This document shows positions 27,647 through 36,734 of a DNA stretch of 64,000 nucleotides, piece by piece. The DNA is from Anaerolineae bacterium (GTDB lineage: Bacteria; Chloroflexota; Anaerolineae; UBA7937; B3-Chlor), in the NCBI GenBank assembly GCA_034411995.1, contig DAOUME010000022.1:3965-67964 (forward strand), given 5' to 3'. The notes beneath the pieces are model-generated. The model was not told the DNA's origin and searched no databases. It saw nothing but the letters and a program-made list of their open reading frames with translations. Position numbers and translations under genes: made by a program. The stretch's first letter is position 1. Each line of letters starts with the position of its first letter.

Positions 27647-30600
27647 TTGGTGGCTCAAGAGGATCGCCCACAGGCAACCGCCCCGCCGGAGAGCCGTCGG
27701 GAGATCGAGGGTCTCGTCCAGCGCTTCGCCCGCAACCGCGACGTGTACACCCGCCCCGACTACAAAGAGACCCAGGTCCGCGTGGAGTTCATCGACCCCT
27801 TCTTCGAGGCCCTGGGCTGGGACGTGCGCAACGTCAAAGGGTACGCGGAACAGTACAAGGACGTGGTCCACGAGGACGCCATCAAGATCAGCGGGGCCAC
27901 CAAGGCCCCCGACTACTGCTTCCGCGTGGGCGGGGTGAGGAGGTTCTTCCTGGAGGCCAAGAAGCCCTCCACCGCGGTCAAGGGTGAGGTAGGCCCGGCC
28001 TACCAACTGCGCCGCTACGCCTGGAGCGCCAGGCTGCCCCTCAGTCTGCTCACCGACTTCGAGGAGCTCGCCGTCTACGACTGCCGCCAGCGGCCCCGGC
28101 CCACCGACAAGGCTGGCGTGGGCCGGGTGATGTATTACACCTTCGACCAGTACCTGGAGCGCCTGGACGAGATCTACTCCATCTTCGCCCGGGAATCGGT
28201 CCTCAAAGGCTCCTTCGACCGGTACGTGGAGGACACCAAACGCCAGCGCGGCACCAGCGAGGTGGACGTGGAGTTCCTCAAGGAGATCGAGGGCTGGCGC
28301 GACGAGCTGGCCCGCAACCTGGCCCTGAGGAACCCCCAGCTCTCCGTCCACGAGCTGAACTTCGCCGTGCAGCGCACCATCGACCGCATCATCTTCCTGA
28401 GGATGTGCGAGGACCGGGGCATCGAGAGGTATGGCGGCCTGCTGGGCCTGACCGCCGGTCCCCACGTCTACGACCGTCTGGGGGAGCTGTACCGCGAGGC
28501 CGATCAGAAGTACGACTCCGACCTCTTCGACTTCCAGGCGGACAGACTGACCAGGTCCCTCTCCCTCGACGACAAGACCCTCAAGCCCATCCTCTCCGGC
28601 CTGTACTACCCCGACTGCCCCTACGAGTTCTCCGTGCTCCCCCCGGAGATCCTGGGCCAGGTGTACGAGCAGTTCCTGGGCAAGGTCATCCGCCTCACCG
28701 CGGGCCACCGGGCCAAGGTGGAGGAGAAGCCGGAGGTGAAGAAGGCGGGCGGCGTGTACTACACCCCCTCCTACATCGTGGAGTACATCGTCCAGCAAAC
28801 GGTGGGTCGCCTCATCGAAGGCAAGACGCCCCAGCAGATCTCCAAGCTGCACATCCTGGACCCCGCCTGCGGCTCCGGATCGTTCCTGCTGGGCGCTTAC
28901 CAGCACCTGCTGGACTACCACCGGCGCTGGTACGAAGAGCACGACCCGGAGAAGTACGCCACGGCCAAGCGCCCCGCCCTGTACCAGGGCCGCGGGGGCG
29001 AGTGGCGGCTGACCACGGGGGAGAAGAAGCGCATCCTGCTCAACAACATCTACGGCGTGGACATCGACCGCCAGGCGGTGGAGGTGACCAAGCTGAGCCT
29101 GCTGCTCCAGGTGCTGGAGGGAGAGAGCCAGGAGACGTTGGGCCAGCAGTTGAAGCTGTGGCGGGAGAGGGCCCTGCCCGACCTGGGGGAGAACATCAAG
29201 TGTGGCAACTCCTTGATCGGCCCGGACTACTTTGAGGGGCAGTTGCTGCCCGACGAGGAGGAGATGCGCCGGGTGAACCCCTTCGACTGGGAGAAGGAGT
29301 TCCTCCAGATTATGAAGGCGGGCGGCTTTGACGCGGTCATCGGGAACCCGCCCTACATCCGCATCCAGAGGATCGAGCATAGCGTGGCGGACTACCTCTT
29401 CCGCTCCTATCGGGCTCCGACAAGCAAGACCGACCTCTCTCTGGTGTTTCTTGAGCGCGCTCTGGCCCTAGCAACGGACAGCGGACTTGTCGGCTTCATA
29501 TGCACGTCTCAGTGGCTGTCGACAGACTACGGGCGGAACATGCGGGCCATGCTGTCCGATGGGCGACTTCACCAAGTGGTCGACTTCGGCTCCCTGCCAG
29601 TCTTCCAGAAAGCCAATACATACCCTGCGATCCTGATCCTGAGCCCGACCCGATGCGACGCCCTTGCGCTTAAGCGGATCCGGCGAGGTGAACAGCTGAA
29701 CCTGCCGGGCATCCAAGCTACCGATCCGGTCTTGATCGATCTGGATGGACTATCGGACGACCCATGGAACCTTGGGCGTTTGGATATACCAACGCTGCTC
29801 GGCGAGCGCGGGCTCGAATGGAGACCGCTCAGCGCGTACGCGAACGCGTACATCGGAGTCCTGACCGGCATGGACAGGGCCTTCGTCGTCGAGACGAGGG
29901 CTGCCAAGCAACTCCAGTTGGAGACGGACCTGCTCTTGCCGTACGCGTACCGAGGGGCCGAAGTCCAGCGATATGCTCAGGTGGAGCCTGGGGCCCTGGT
30001 GATTTACCCGTACCGTGAAGGGCCAGGGGGCGCGCCGAGGCTCATCCCCGAACCAGAACTGAGGCGGCACTACCCGAATATCCACCAGCATCTCGTGGCT
30101 CACAAGGATGCTCTGCGTGAGCGAAGAGATAGCCGGAGATTCTACGCGAAGGGGCCAGACTGGTATCGTCACCTGCGCGCGGGCTCCTTCGACTACATTC
30201 ATGCCCGCAAGCTCCTCGTCAAGGGTATTGAGACCCGTACGGTCGTAGGCCTGTTGGACGCGGGGACAGCATTCAATGGCGCGAACTGTCCGGGCGTAAT
30301 CGTCGAAGAGCCACAACAACTCTCGCCTCTCTACATCCTGGGGATCCTCAATTCCGGCGTCATGTCGTATCACCTTCGGATGATCTGCCCGGCGAAGCTA
30401 GGCGGCTACACTAGATTCAATGCTCGCGGCATCAACAGTGCACCCATCCGCACCCTCAGTCGCACAGACCGGGCCGAGGAAGCCCGACACGACAAGATGA
30501 TCGCGCTGGTGGAGCGGATGTTGGACCTGCATGAGAAGCTGGCCGCGGCCACCATCCCCGCCGACAAGAAACTCTACCAGCGTCAGATCGAGGCCACAGA

Positions 30601-30679
30601 TGAGGAGATAGACGCGCTGGTGTATGAGTTGTATGGGTTGACCGAGGAGGAGATCGCTATCGTGGAGGGTCGGGCGTGA
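27647..30679 (+). CDS. Type IIG restriction-modification enzyme (single-chain endonuclease + N6-adenine methyltransferase + TRD; MmeI/Eco57I-like)
   Basis: 1010 aa; N-terminal PD-(D/E)xK-like region (APDYCFRVGG...FFLEAKKP), FxGxG-like SAM motif (ILDPACGSGSFLLGAY), NPPY motif (VIGNPPYIRIQ), and C-terminal methyltransferase-type tail DALVYELYGLTEEEIAIVEGRA. GTG start 9 nt after GAGGAGG. Confidence 0.8.
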   Translation: MVAQEDRPQATAPPESRREIEGLVQRFARNRDVYTRPDYKETQVRVEFIDPFFEALGWDVRNVKGYAEQYKDVVHEDAIKISGATKAPDYCFRVGGVRRFFLEAKKPSTAVKGEVGPAYQLRRYAWSARLPLSLLTDFEELAVYDCRQRPRPTDKAGVGRVMYYTFDQYLERLDEIYSIFARESVLKGSFDRYVEDTKRQRGTSEVDVEFLKEIEGWRDELARNLALRNPQLSVHELNFAVQRTIDRIIFLRMCEDRGIERYGGLLGLTAGPHVYDRLGELYREADQKYDSDLFDFQADRLTRSLSLDDKTLKPILSGLYYPDCPYEFSVLPPEILGQVYEQFLGKVIRLTAGHRAKVEEKPEVKKAGGVYYTPSYIVEYIVQQTVGRLIEGKTPQQISKLHILDPACGSGSFLLGAYQHLLDYHRRWYEEHDPEKYATAKRPALYQGRGGEWRLTTGEKKRILLNNIYGVDIDRQAVEVTKLSLLLQVLEGESQETLGQQLKLWRERALPDLGENIKCGNSLIGPDYFEGQLLPDEEEMRRVNPFDWEKEFLQIMKAGGFDAVIGNPPYIRIQRIEHSVADYLFRSYRAPTSKTDLSLVFLERALALATDSGLVGFICTSQWLSTDYGRNMRAMLSDGRLHQVVDFGSLPVFQKANTYPAILILSPTRCDALALKRIRRGEQLNLPGIQATDPVLIDLDGLSDDPWNLGRLDIPTLLGERGLEWRPLSAYANAYIGVLTGMDRAFVVETRAAKQLQLETDLLLPYAYRGAEVQRYAQVEPGALVIYPYREGPGGAPRLIPEPELRRHYPNIHQHLVAHKDALRERRDSRRFYAKGPDWYRHLRAGSFDYIHARKLLVKGIETRTVVGLLDAGTAFNGANCPGVIVEEPQQLSPLYILGILNSGVMSYHLRMICPAKLGGYTRFNARGINSAPIRTLSRTDRAEEARHDKMIALVERMLDLHEKLAAATIPADKKLYQRQIEATDEEIDALVYELYGLTEEEIAIVEGRA
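30548..30679 (+). repeat. Master copy (3-prime end of the RM gene) of a 35-130 bp direct repeat found five more times downstream
   Basis: GCCACCATCCCCGCCGACAAG...GAGGAGATCGCTATCGTGGAGGGTCGGGCGTGA; see partial copies at 31680, 33545, 34771, 37506 and 43994. Confidence 0.85.
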
Positions 30680-30789
30680 GCGGACGGCGCAGCTGGTCGA
30701 GCCGCACATCCGCTGGTAGGCGCGATGGCCCCGAATCTCGCAATCAGGGCAACCCAATGGGCAGCTAGGTTCGACAGCCGGCCGCGGCC

Positions 30790-31656
30790 GTGCGGATATT
30801 GGCTGGGCCGGGAGCGCGGAGAGTTGGAGTGACCGCAGTTGTAGGCGTAAGTTTCCTCTCGGAAGTCATAATGATCGCAGATACTAGGGTGTCCTGGCCA
30901 GGCGCCCCACGGCCACCAGCAGATATGTTGCGGAAGCTGTACCCGGTCTTTTCGCCGCGAACTCCACAAAAGGCAGCTGTGCTGGGTTTCTCCGGCACAA
31001 TATCGGCGGCCAAAACAGTAATGATACACCTCGTGAAGGACAAGCTTCGCAACTACAATCGGCCCCTGATAATGGTCAATCTGAAAGACCATTTGAAGTG
31101 CTGGATAGAAGAAGTGACGGTGACCTGCCTGAGTCCGAGGAGCAGAACCGGCCTCACCTTCATGCTCTGCGGGCTTGAACCCTCCCGCACTGCTGCTGCA
31201 AGAAAGGGAAACGCGCTCGTGAGGTATAGACAGATCTTGGAAACCCACATATACGTCTTCAGTGTGAGCCAGAGCACCGGCAGAGTAGACGTGGTGAAGA
31301 AAGGCCTCTTCGCCGTCATTGGCTCGGGTGCAACACTCGAGCGAGAGCTGAAACGGAAGATTCCGCCAATGATCAGGTTCGGATTCAACCAGCCGAATCT
31401 GCATTGGGCACGAGCTCGCTTGGTGGGCGAAGTAGCGCGAGGAGTTTTTGACAGCGGCGGCGCAACCACAGTTGGCGGACCGTTTCAAGTGTTCCGCATC
31501 ACAGCAGAAGGCTTGGTCACCGAGTACATCTGGCCGGCAAGTATACAACCAAGAGACGTCAGCGTACGACAAGAAGGCCAAAAGACCATAATACAGAATC
31601 GAGACCTCAACCAGACTTACACGCTCCATCCCATATGGGACCTGCCATTGCAGTAG
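30790..31656 (+). CDS. Hypothetical protein, weak resemblance to Ntn-hydrolase / HslV-proteasome-like fold (cassette A)
   Basis: Segments AVLGFSGTISAAKTVMIHLVKDKL and LFAVIGSGATLERELKRK resemble HslV/proteasome-beta motifs (IAGFAGGTADAF.., AIGSGG..). The start is uncertain (GTG 30790 or ATG 30874). Lower GC than surrounding sequence. Confidence 0.4.
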   Translation: MRILAGPGARRVGVTAVVGVSFLSEVIMIADTRVSWPGAPRPPADMLRKLYPVFSPRTPQKAAVLGFSGTISAAKTVMIHLVKDKLRNYNRPLIMVNLKDHLKCWIEEVTVTCLSPRSRTGLTFMLCGLEPSRTAAARKGNALVRYRQILETHIYVFSVSQSTGRVDVVKKGLFAVIGSGATLERELKRKIPPMIRFGFNQPNLHWARARLVGEVARGVFDSGGATTVGGPFQVFRITAEGLVTEYIWPASIQPRDVSVRQEGQKTIIQNRDLNQTYTLHPIWDLPLQ

Positions 31657-31679
31657 TGGGCGAACCAGCAAGTGGCGCC

Positions 31680-31811
31680 GCCACCATCCCCGCTGACAAG
31701 AAGCTCTGCCAGCGCCAGATGGAGGCCACCGATGAGCAAATCGACGCGCTGGTGTACAAATTGTATGGGGTGACGGAGGAAGAGATCGCTATCGCGGAGG
31801 GCCGGGGTTGA
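31680..31811 (+). repeat. Direct repeat copy 2 of the RM-gene 3-prime end (about 130 bp, about 88% identical), ends in TGA
   Basis: GCCACCATCCCCGCTGACAAGAAGCTCTGCCAGCGCCAGATGGAGGCCACCGATGAGCAAATCGACGCGCTGGTGTACAAATTGTATGGGGTGACGGAGGAAGAGATCGCTATCGCGGAGGGCCGGGGTTGA. Translated in frame it reproduces ATIPADKK...ALVYKLYGVTEEEIAIAEGRG*. Confidence 0.85.
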
Positions 31812-31851
31812 CAGCCAGAAACCCGATGCGGTAGGGACCTAGACGGGCGGC

Positions 31852-33510
31852 TTGCGGCATGACCAGACCGGCCTCCTCTCGCAGAGCGCAAGGCCGGGCA
31901 ATGCAGCGACCGGGGGCATCAGGGGAAATACATTGACAACCATCTCGCAGGGTGAACTGAACAACCTGAGCGTGCTCATCGTGGAAGATGCGCGGCAGGC
32001 TCTGGAGATGCTACTACGGTATCAGCAGAAGTACCGCGACGACATCAATTTCGCCGCGAACAAAGGAGGTTTGCTGATTGACATTGGTAGTCGTCTCGGC
32101 GACACCGGTGTTGTACGGCAGGGCATGGCGTCGATTGATGAGTTGCTGCCGAGGGCTGGTGAGCAATCTCGTCCCCTTCTCCTCTACAATCTAGGCAACG
32201 GGTATATGGCGTTGCACTCCATTGCTCGGCGCCAACCTGGCTTCTCATTCGACCCCGATGACACTAGACTCCGTGAAGCCAAGCGCTGTTACCGCGGCGT
32301 GCTGGGAGGATCAGAGCGTCTTGATGCCAACCAACGCGCTGGACTCCGAGTGAACTATGGCAACTGTCTCGCGAGTCTTGGCCGTTCCCTCGAGGCAATC
32401 CACCAATACGAGACGGCTCTCCGCCACGCGCCCAATCACCCCATGGCATGGGGGAACCTGGGAGTTGAGTTGGAGCGCTTCGCGTTCGTTGGTCAAGACC
32501 CGGCCATCCTGCGGGCTGCGAATGAAGGGCTACTCAGGGCTCTTGCAGATGATAGCCTTGAGCAAATGGGAGAGGATTCGGCGCGCCCCGGTTTCGAAAA
32601 GGCGCAGCAACGTATTGCACGGCTGTTGAGCCAGCTTGTAGAAGACGCGGGACTGGGCGGGCCCGAGGTGCCCCAGGCCGCGACACCGTATCATCAAGCG
32701 TACAGCGAGTTCTGTGTGAAGCATGAACTCTTCCTGAATTTCTGTCTGAAGGGCCGCCCATGCCAGCGGGTGGCTGAAGATGCTGTCAGTTTGTCAATTA
32801 CCACGCCACTTGATGACGAGACGACCTACCCTCGGCTCGCACGAGTGGTCAACGAGATCAAAGAACGATACGCGGTCGCCCGCCTACTGCTGTTCGAAGC
32901 CTGCAATCCGCCTCTTGACACTCAGCCATATGACGAGATGACCTACTACGCGGACAATCTCGACTACGCCGTATACGGGATTGGTCCCACCAAGCTGAAG
33001 CTGGCCTTTGAAAGTGCCTACAACATCTTGGACAAGCTGGCCTTCTTCGTCAACGACTATCTCGATCTGGGGATCAAGGTGCGGCTGGTGAGTTTTCAGG
33101 GGCTATGGAAGGAGCGCAAGACGGCCGCTCTCAGGCCTGCGATTGTCGAACGTGGTAATTGGCACCTGTATGGCCTGTACGACCTCTCCAAAGACCTAGC
33201 ACCGACAGGCTACCTTGAGCACCTGCGGCTCACCCGAGACTATCTAACACACCGCTATCTGGTGCTCCATGTTGAGGGGCTAGATTGGCTAACGTCCGCC
33301 GATGGTCCTGGGTACCACTCGGGCTACCGCCAGTTGCTGACCAACACGATCGAATTGATGCGACTCGTCCGCAGTGCGGTCATCTACCTCATCGCCTTCA
33401 TCGACCGAGAGGAGCGCGCGAAACGCCAAGACGGAGAGGGCTCTATTGCACCCATGCGTGTCCCGCCTTATAGGCCTTACCGGTTGGGTCCGCAGGATGC
33501 TCCAATGTAG
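31852..33510 (+). CDS. TPR-repeat protein with C-terminal HEPN-like domain (candidate defence/abortive-infection effector; cassette B)
   Basis: TPR-like helical repeats in the N-terminal half (LLYNLGNGYMALH..., YETALRHAPNHPMAWGNLG). C-terminal region with Rx4H motif (LRLTRDYLTHRYLVLH) in a context resembling LA2681/Abi-type HEPN domains. Confidence 0.5.
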   Translation: MRHDQTGLLSQSARPGNAATGGIRGNTLTTISQGELNNLSVLIVEDARQALEMLLRYQQKYRDDINFAANKGGLLIDIGSRLGDTGVVRQGMASIDELLPRAGEQSRPLLLYNLGNGYMALHSIARRQPGFSFDPDDTRLREAKRCYRGVLGGSERLDANQRAGLRVNYGNCLASLGRSLEAIHQYETALRHAPNHPMAWGNLGVELERFAFVGQDPAILRAANEGLLRALADDSLEQMGEDSARPGFEKAQQRIARLLSQLVEDAGLGGPEVPQAATPYHQAYSEFCVKHELFLNFCLKGRPCQRVAEDAVSLSITTPLDDETTYPRLARVVNEIKERYAVARLLLFEACNPPLDTQPYDEMTYYADNLDYAVYGIGPTKLKLAFESAYNILDKLAFFVNDYLDLGIKVRLVSFQGLWKERKTAALRPAIVERGNWHLYGLYDLSKDLAPTGYLEHLRLTRDYLTHRYLVLHVEGLDWLTSADGPGYHSGYRQLLTNTIELMRLVRSAVIYLIAFIDREERAKRQDGEGSIAPMRVPPYRPYRLGPQDAPM

Positions 33511-33544
33511 TCCCCAGGTGCCGCGTGCAGAACTCTAGTTCGGG

Positions 33545-33598
33545 GTGCTAGTGTATGAGTTATATGGGTTGACCGAGGAGGAGATCGCGATTGTCTGA
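33545..33598 (+). repeat. Direct repeat copy 3 of the RM-gene 3-prime end (about 55 bp), ends in TGA
   Basis: GCTAGTGTATGAGTTATATGGGTTGACCGAGGAGGAGATCGCGATTGTCTGA. Confidence 0.8.
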
Positions 33599-33631
33599 AG
33601 GGCTTCCTCAGCGCAGAGAGTAGGCTGTAGC

Positions 33632-34135
33632 ATGATTCAGCCTTGGAGCGACCCCATACCGTACGACCTATCCCGCACGCTGCGTCGGGCAAGTGTCCCG
33701 CCGGGGTTCAGCAGTAGTGTGCCGCAGACTCCGGGTACGTACGTGATCTATTGCACCGCTCAACCAGACCTATGTGAAGCTATCATTGATATCGGAGAAG
33801 CTGGCCCGCGCGCCAAAGCGAGACCAAAGGGCCTCCGAGGGAGGCTGGCAACTACAGTTGCCCACACGGCCTCTGAAAGGATGGCCGCTGACGTACAGGC
33901 CGGCAAACTCCCGAACAGACTCCGTGTAGTTTGGATCGAGAGGCCGTCCAAAGAGGACGCCAAGGAGTTACAGGACGCACTTATCAGCCTCTTCCGAACG
34001 GATTGCGGACGCCAGCCGCGACACAACAAGAGACTGGAGCAGCACCCAAAGCCTGAGGCCTTCCTGGCGATTTGCGCCGCCCTGAAGAGGCACATTGGCG
34101 GCCTATTGCGCCACCCGACGGCCCGCTGCGGGTGA
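33632..34135 (+). CDS. Hypothetical protein with GIY-YIG-like nuclease motif (cassette C)
   Basis: PGTYVIYCTAQ...AIIDIGEAG...R..E spacing resembles GIY-(10-11)-YIG with downstream Arg/Glu; weak and unverified. Confidence 0.35.
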   Translation: MIQPWSDPIPYDLSRTLRRASVPPGFSSSVPQTPGTYVIYCTAQPDLCEAIIDIGEAGPRAKARPKGLRGRLATTVAHTASERMAADVQAGKLPNRLRVVWIERPSKEDAKELQDALISLFRTDCGRQPRHNKRLEQHPKPEAFLAICAALKRHIGGLLRHPTARCG

Positions 34136-34245
34136 CCAGACCGGCGTGCCCCAGGTTGGAGTGAGCGCTGCCCCCCGGCGGGCTCAGCCCGAGGGGGCCG
34201 GGGGCAAATCGTTCGGTGCAACAGCAGAATCAAAGGAGGAGGAGA

Positions 34246-34691
34246 TGTCTGAGTTGCTCACTGCTATCGGCGTCGTATCAGCCGCTAGTGTGTCGATCCT
34301 TAGTGTCTTTGTCCCTTCTTACTACGACAGGCAGCACCGCAAGGAGGAGAAAGCCGACGCCGAACTCCGAAGAATAGACGAGACTACCTTGGGTTTTCTA
34401 GCACAGCTCTCGAACTTCCGGCATTGGGAACCCAGGAGCCTTCAGAAGATCGCGGGGGATCGTGCACTAGAGCATCTCTACACCGACTTGCAGGTAGCGC
34501 AGTATGCTTGGGAGCGCGCCGTTTGGCCAAAACTGGGTGATCAAGACCGCGCCAAGGTCGAGACCATCCGCACAAGGCTTGAAGGGGTCCATACCGCCAA
34601 CGACCTGTCGAGACGCGCAAATGAGTCGGATGTTCCTGCATTGGCAGATCAAATCCTCGCATTGGCTCGTGCCGCAAATGGACGGCCCTAG
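34246..34691 (+). CDS. Hypothetical small membrane-anchored protein (cassette C)
   Basis: ATG directly after GGAGGAGGAG; N-terminal TM helix (LLTAIGVVSAASVSILSVFV) then a charged helical region. Confidence 0.4.
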
Positions 34692-34770
34692 TCGACCAAG
34701 TGTGTTTGGTTTTGGTGTACAGTGTGCACTGACGCACAGCTGCTTCGGCCCAACAATGGCTTGACCCCAT

Positions 34771-34848
34771 GGGGAGATCGACACGTTGGTGTATCACTTG
34801 TATGGGTTGACGGAGGGAGAGATCGCTATCGTGGAGGGGCGATCGCTG
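34771..34848 (+). repeat. Direct repeat copy 4 of the RM-gene 3-prime end (about 78 bp), ends in TGA
   Basis: GGGGAGATCGACACGTTGGTGTATCACTTGTATGGGTTGACGGAGGGAGAGATCGCTATCGTGGAGGGGCGATCGCTGA. Confidence 0.85.
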
Positions 34849-35029
34849 AACGCGCTGCGCGGACCGGCTACCCCGAAACAGAGTTCGGTGATCTCTCGGG
34901 GCTCGGATGTGGCATGGTGATGGGGACCAACGTTGGGCCACTGCGCCAGTTGAGGTGACTGGGTGGAAAGATGTCCGCATAATCATTAGTTAGCACGCTT
35001 CACGCCGCTGACGCTCGGGAAGGAAAACC

Positions 35030-36085
35030 ATGAGCAAAGAAATCCTAGTGAGAATGGACATACCAATCCCCGCTCACAAAATCGTCAATACACCTGCCAT
35101 GGTTTTCAGCAGGTGGATGCCTCTGGACGAGGATGAGTCTATTGTAGTCCAAGAGGAAAACGCCACCCTGAGGTTATGGTTCGACAGAAGTTGCTGGCAT
35201 AACGTGACTCACGCGGGAGGAGACATACCTAATCACGTGAATGTTCTCGTAGACAAGGTATTCGCAGATGTAACGCTCCGCGACTTGTCTGAGGGTTTAG
35301 TAGACTACATTGAACTCACAGCCACTGAACCTCACCCTCCAGAGAGCCCCTACCAGCAAGAGTACCGGGAGCTAGGACAGAAAGTGTACCTTCTAACTCT
35401 CACCTACCTGAACAGATTGATTAACTACGCACGAAGCATGAAGGGGCAATACTGGCTACAAGAATACCCCCTTAGCGAAGCTGAGGGCCTGTCTACTGTC
35501 AACCTGGCTTTCAAAGCCCGTGTCCTAATCGACTCTGAATGGGTTAGGTGGTTCCCGGATGTCAGGCAGCTAGTTATCGGCAGGGTGGGAGGCTGTCAAG
35601 ACAGAGAGCGTTTCATAGACAAGGACTCCTGGTCACAGGTCAGGAGCTTCATCACATCAAAGCAACGGGCCTCACTTGTCCGGGAACTCCTCGCCGGGGC
35701 AGAGTGGCTCGCTGGAATTGGGCACCGCAGAAGTGCATTGACAGAAGCAATAACAGCACTTGAAGCCGCAATCACCACATTCTCAAACCAGCCCAAAGCA
35801 GAGGAAGCTTTCGGCTCTCTTATTACGGAGAGAATGAACGTGAGCTCACTGAGCAATTGGACTGAAAAGATGGGTTTGTCGGGCACCATTCACTACCTCT
35901 TCCCACTGGTATTCTCTGAAGAGATGATGCCCACCGACATTCTGACAGATTGTCAGGAGGCGATACTAGAGCGCCAGAATGTGGTGCACAACGCTCAGCG
36001 AGATGTTCAGGAAGATAAGCTGTCAGTGTACCTGGAGGCAATTCGCAATATGTGTCGCCTGCTCGAAACTTACCAGCAAACTTAG
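35030..36085 (+). CDS. Hypothetical protein, 351 aa, markedly lower GC (cassette D)
   Basis: AT-richer codon usage than the flanking DNA. No recognisable domain; a C-terminal Rx4H (ERQNVVH) could be an HEPN-like motif or chance. Confidence 0.45.
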   Translation: MSKEILVRMDIPIPAHKIVNTPAMVFSRWMPLDEDESIVVQEENATLRLWFDRSCWHNVTHAGGDIPNHVNVLVDKVFADVTLRDLSEGLVDYIELTATEPHPPESPYQQEYRELGQKVYLLTLTYLNRLINYARSMKGQYWLQEYPLSEAEGLSTVNLAFKARVLIDSEWVRWFPDVRQLVIGRVGGCQDRERFIDKDSWSQVRSFITSKQRASLVRELLAGAEWLAGIGHRRSALTEAITALEAAITTFSNQPKAEEAFGSLITERMNVSSLSNWTEKMGLSGTIHYLFPLVFSEEMMPTDILTDCQEAILERQNVVHNAQRDVQEDKLSVYLEAIRNMCRLLETYQQT

Positions 36086-36259
36086 TACCTAGTCACGCAG
36101 TCCATCCCGAGAAGAGCGTGGTAACAGGTCGCTGGCGGCGACAGCCCCTGTCGGTGCCAGGCTGCGTGTGGAGCGACGACTCGGCGATACTCCAGGCTAG
36201 CGGAAGAGCGTCGACGAGAAGACTCAGGCACGCGAAATGACCTATCGCTTCTACGAGAA

Positions 36260-36460
36260 TTGTGCGTGCGACCCAAGAAGGCGAAGATACATTTCTCCAA
36301 TTGCAGGTCCTGCAACTACGGATTAGGAAAAAACAAGCACAAGGTGGAAGGGCTTCACGGGAGATGGCACGGCCCATTCTCGACGTTCGAGGAGGCATGG
36401 GACGCAGCACAACACACCGGCAAGAAGCCGACCACCTGCGGCCACTGCAGACCTCGGTGA
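36260..36460 (+). CDS. Possible small zinc-ribbon protein (two CxxC pairs)
   Basis: SNCRSC...TCGHC in 66 aa. TTG start and no clear RBS, so low confidence. Confidence 0.2.
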   Translation: MCVRPKKAKIHFSNCRSCNYGLGKNKHKVEGLHGRWHGPFSTFEEAWDAAQHTGKKPTTCGHCRPR

Positions 36461-36574
36461 GAGGGGCGGCGCTGCGCCTTGTGCGCTTGCGCGCCGCTGG
36501 TCCAGCTCTACCCAAGCAGACCGCTCTGCCATGGAGGGGTCAATCACCCAGGCACCCAGCGACACCTTCGTAGA

Positions 36575-36593
36575 GGCGGGTCTGAGACCCGCC
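36575..36593. repeat. Palindrome GGCGGGTCTGAGACCCGCC (member of the GGGTCTSAGACCCGCCC repeat family)
   Basis: Perfect 9+1+9 palindrome followed by CGCAAG, the same tail as the copy at 46635. Confidence 0.6.
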
Positions 36594-36734
36594 CGCAAGC
36601 GGCCTCCCGATTCGTCATGGTCGTTCGCACAAACCTCGGCCGGTGCGCCGGTTTGGAGCACCACGCGCGACGCTGTCGGCCAGGCAGCTCGGATCAAAGA
36701 GCTCCATAGTCACGAGTGAGGGACTAGCAACGTC

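Noticed and set aside
2000-29380. Numerous long antisense or overlapping ORFs (e.g. 2000..2662 -, 5928..6851 +, 9893..10669 +, 16105..17607 +, 18628..19557 -, 19155..20327 +, 26358..27191 -, 27440..29380 -, 28405..29235 +)
   Set aside because: Typical high-GC artefacts: Arg/Gly/Pro/His-rich low-complexity translations lying opposite or out of frame of genes with clear domain content.
30548-31811. Diversity-generating retroelement (template/variable repeat pair) as the explanation for the duplicated RM 3-prime end
   Set aside because: Mismatches between the copies are not adenine-specific, there are five copies of decreasing length rather than one TR/VR pair, and no reverse transcriptase gene is nearby.
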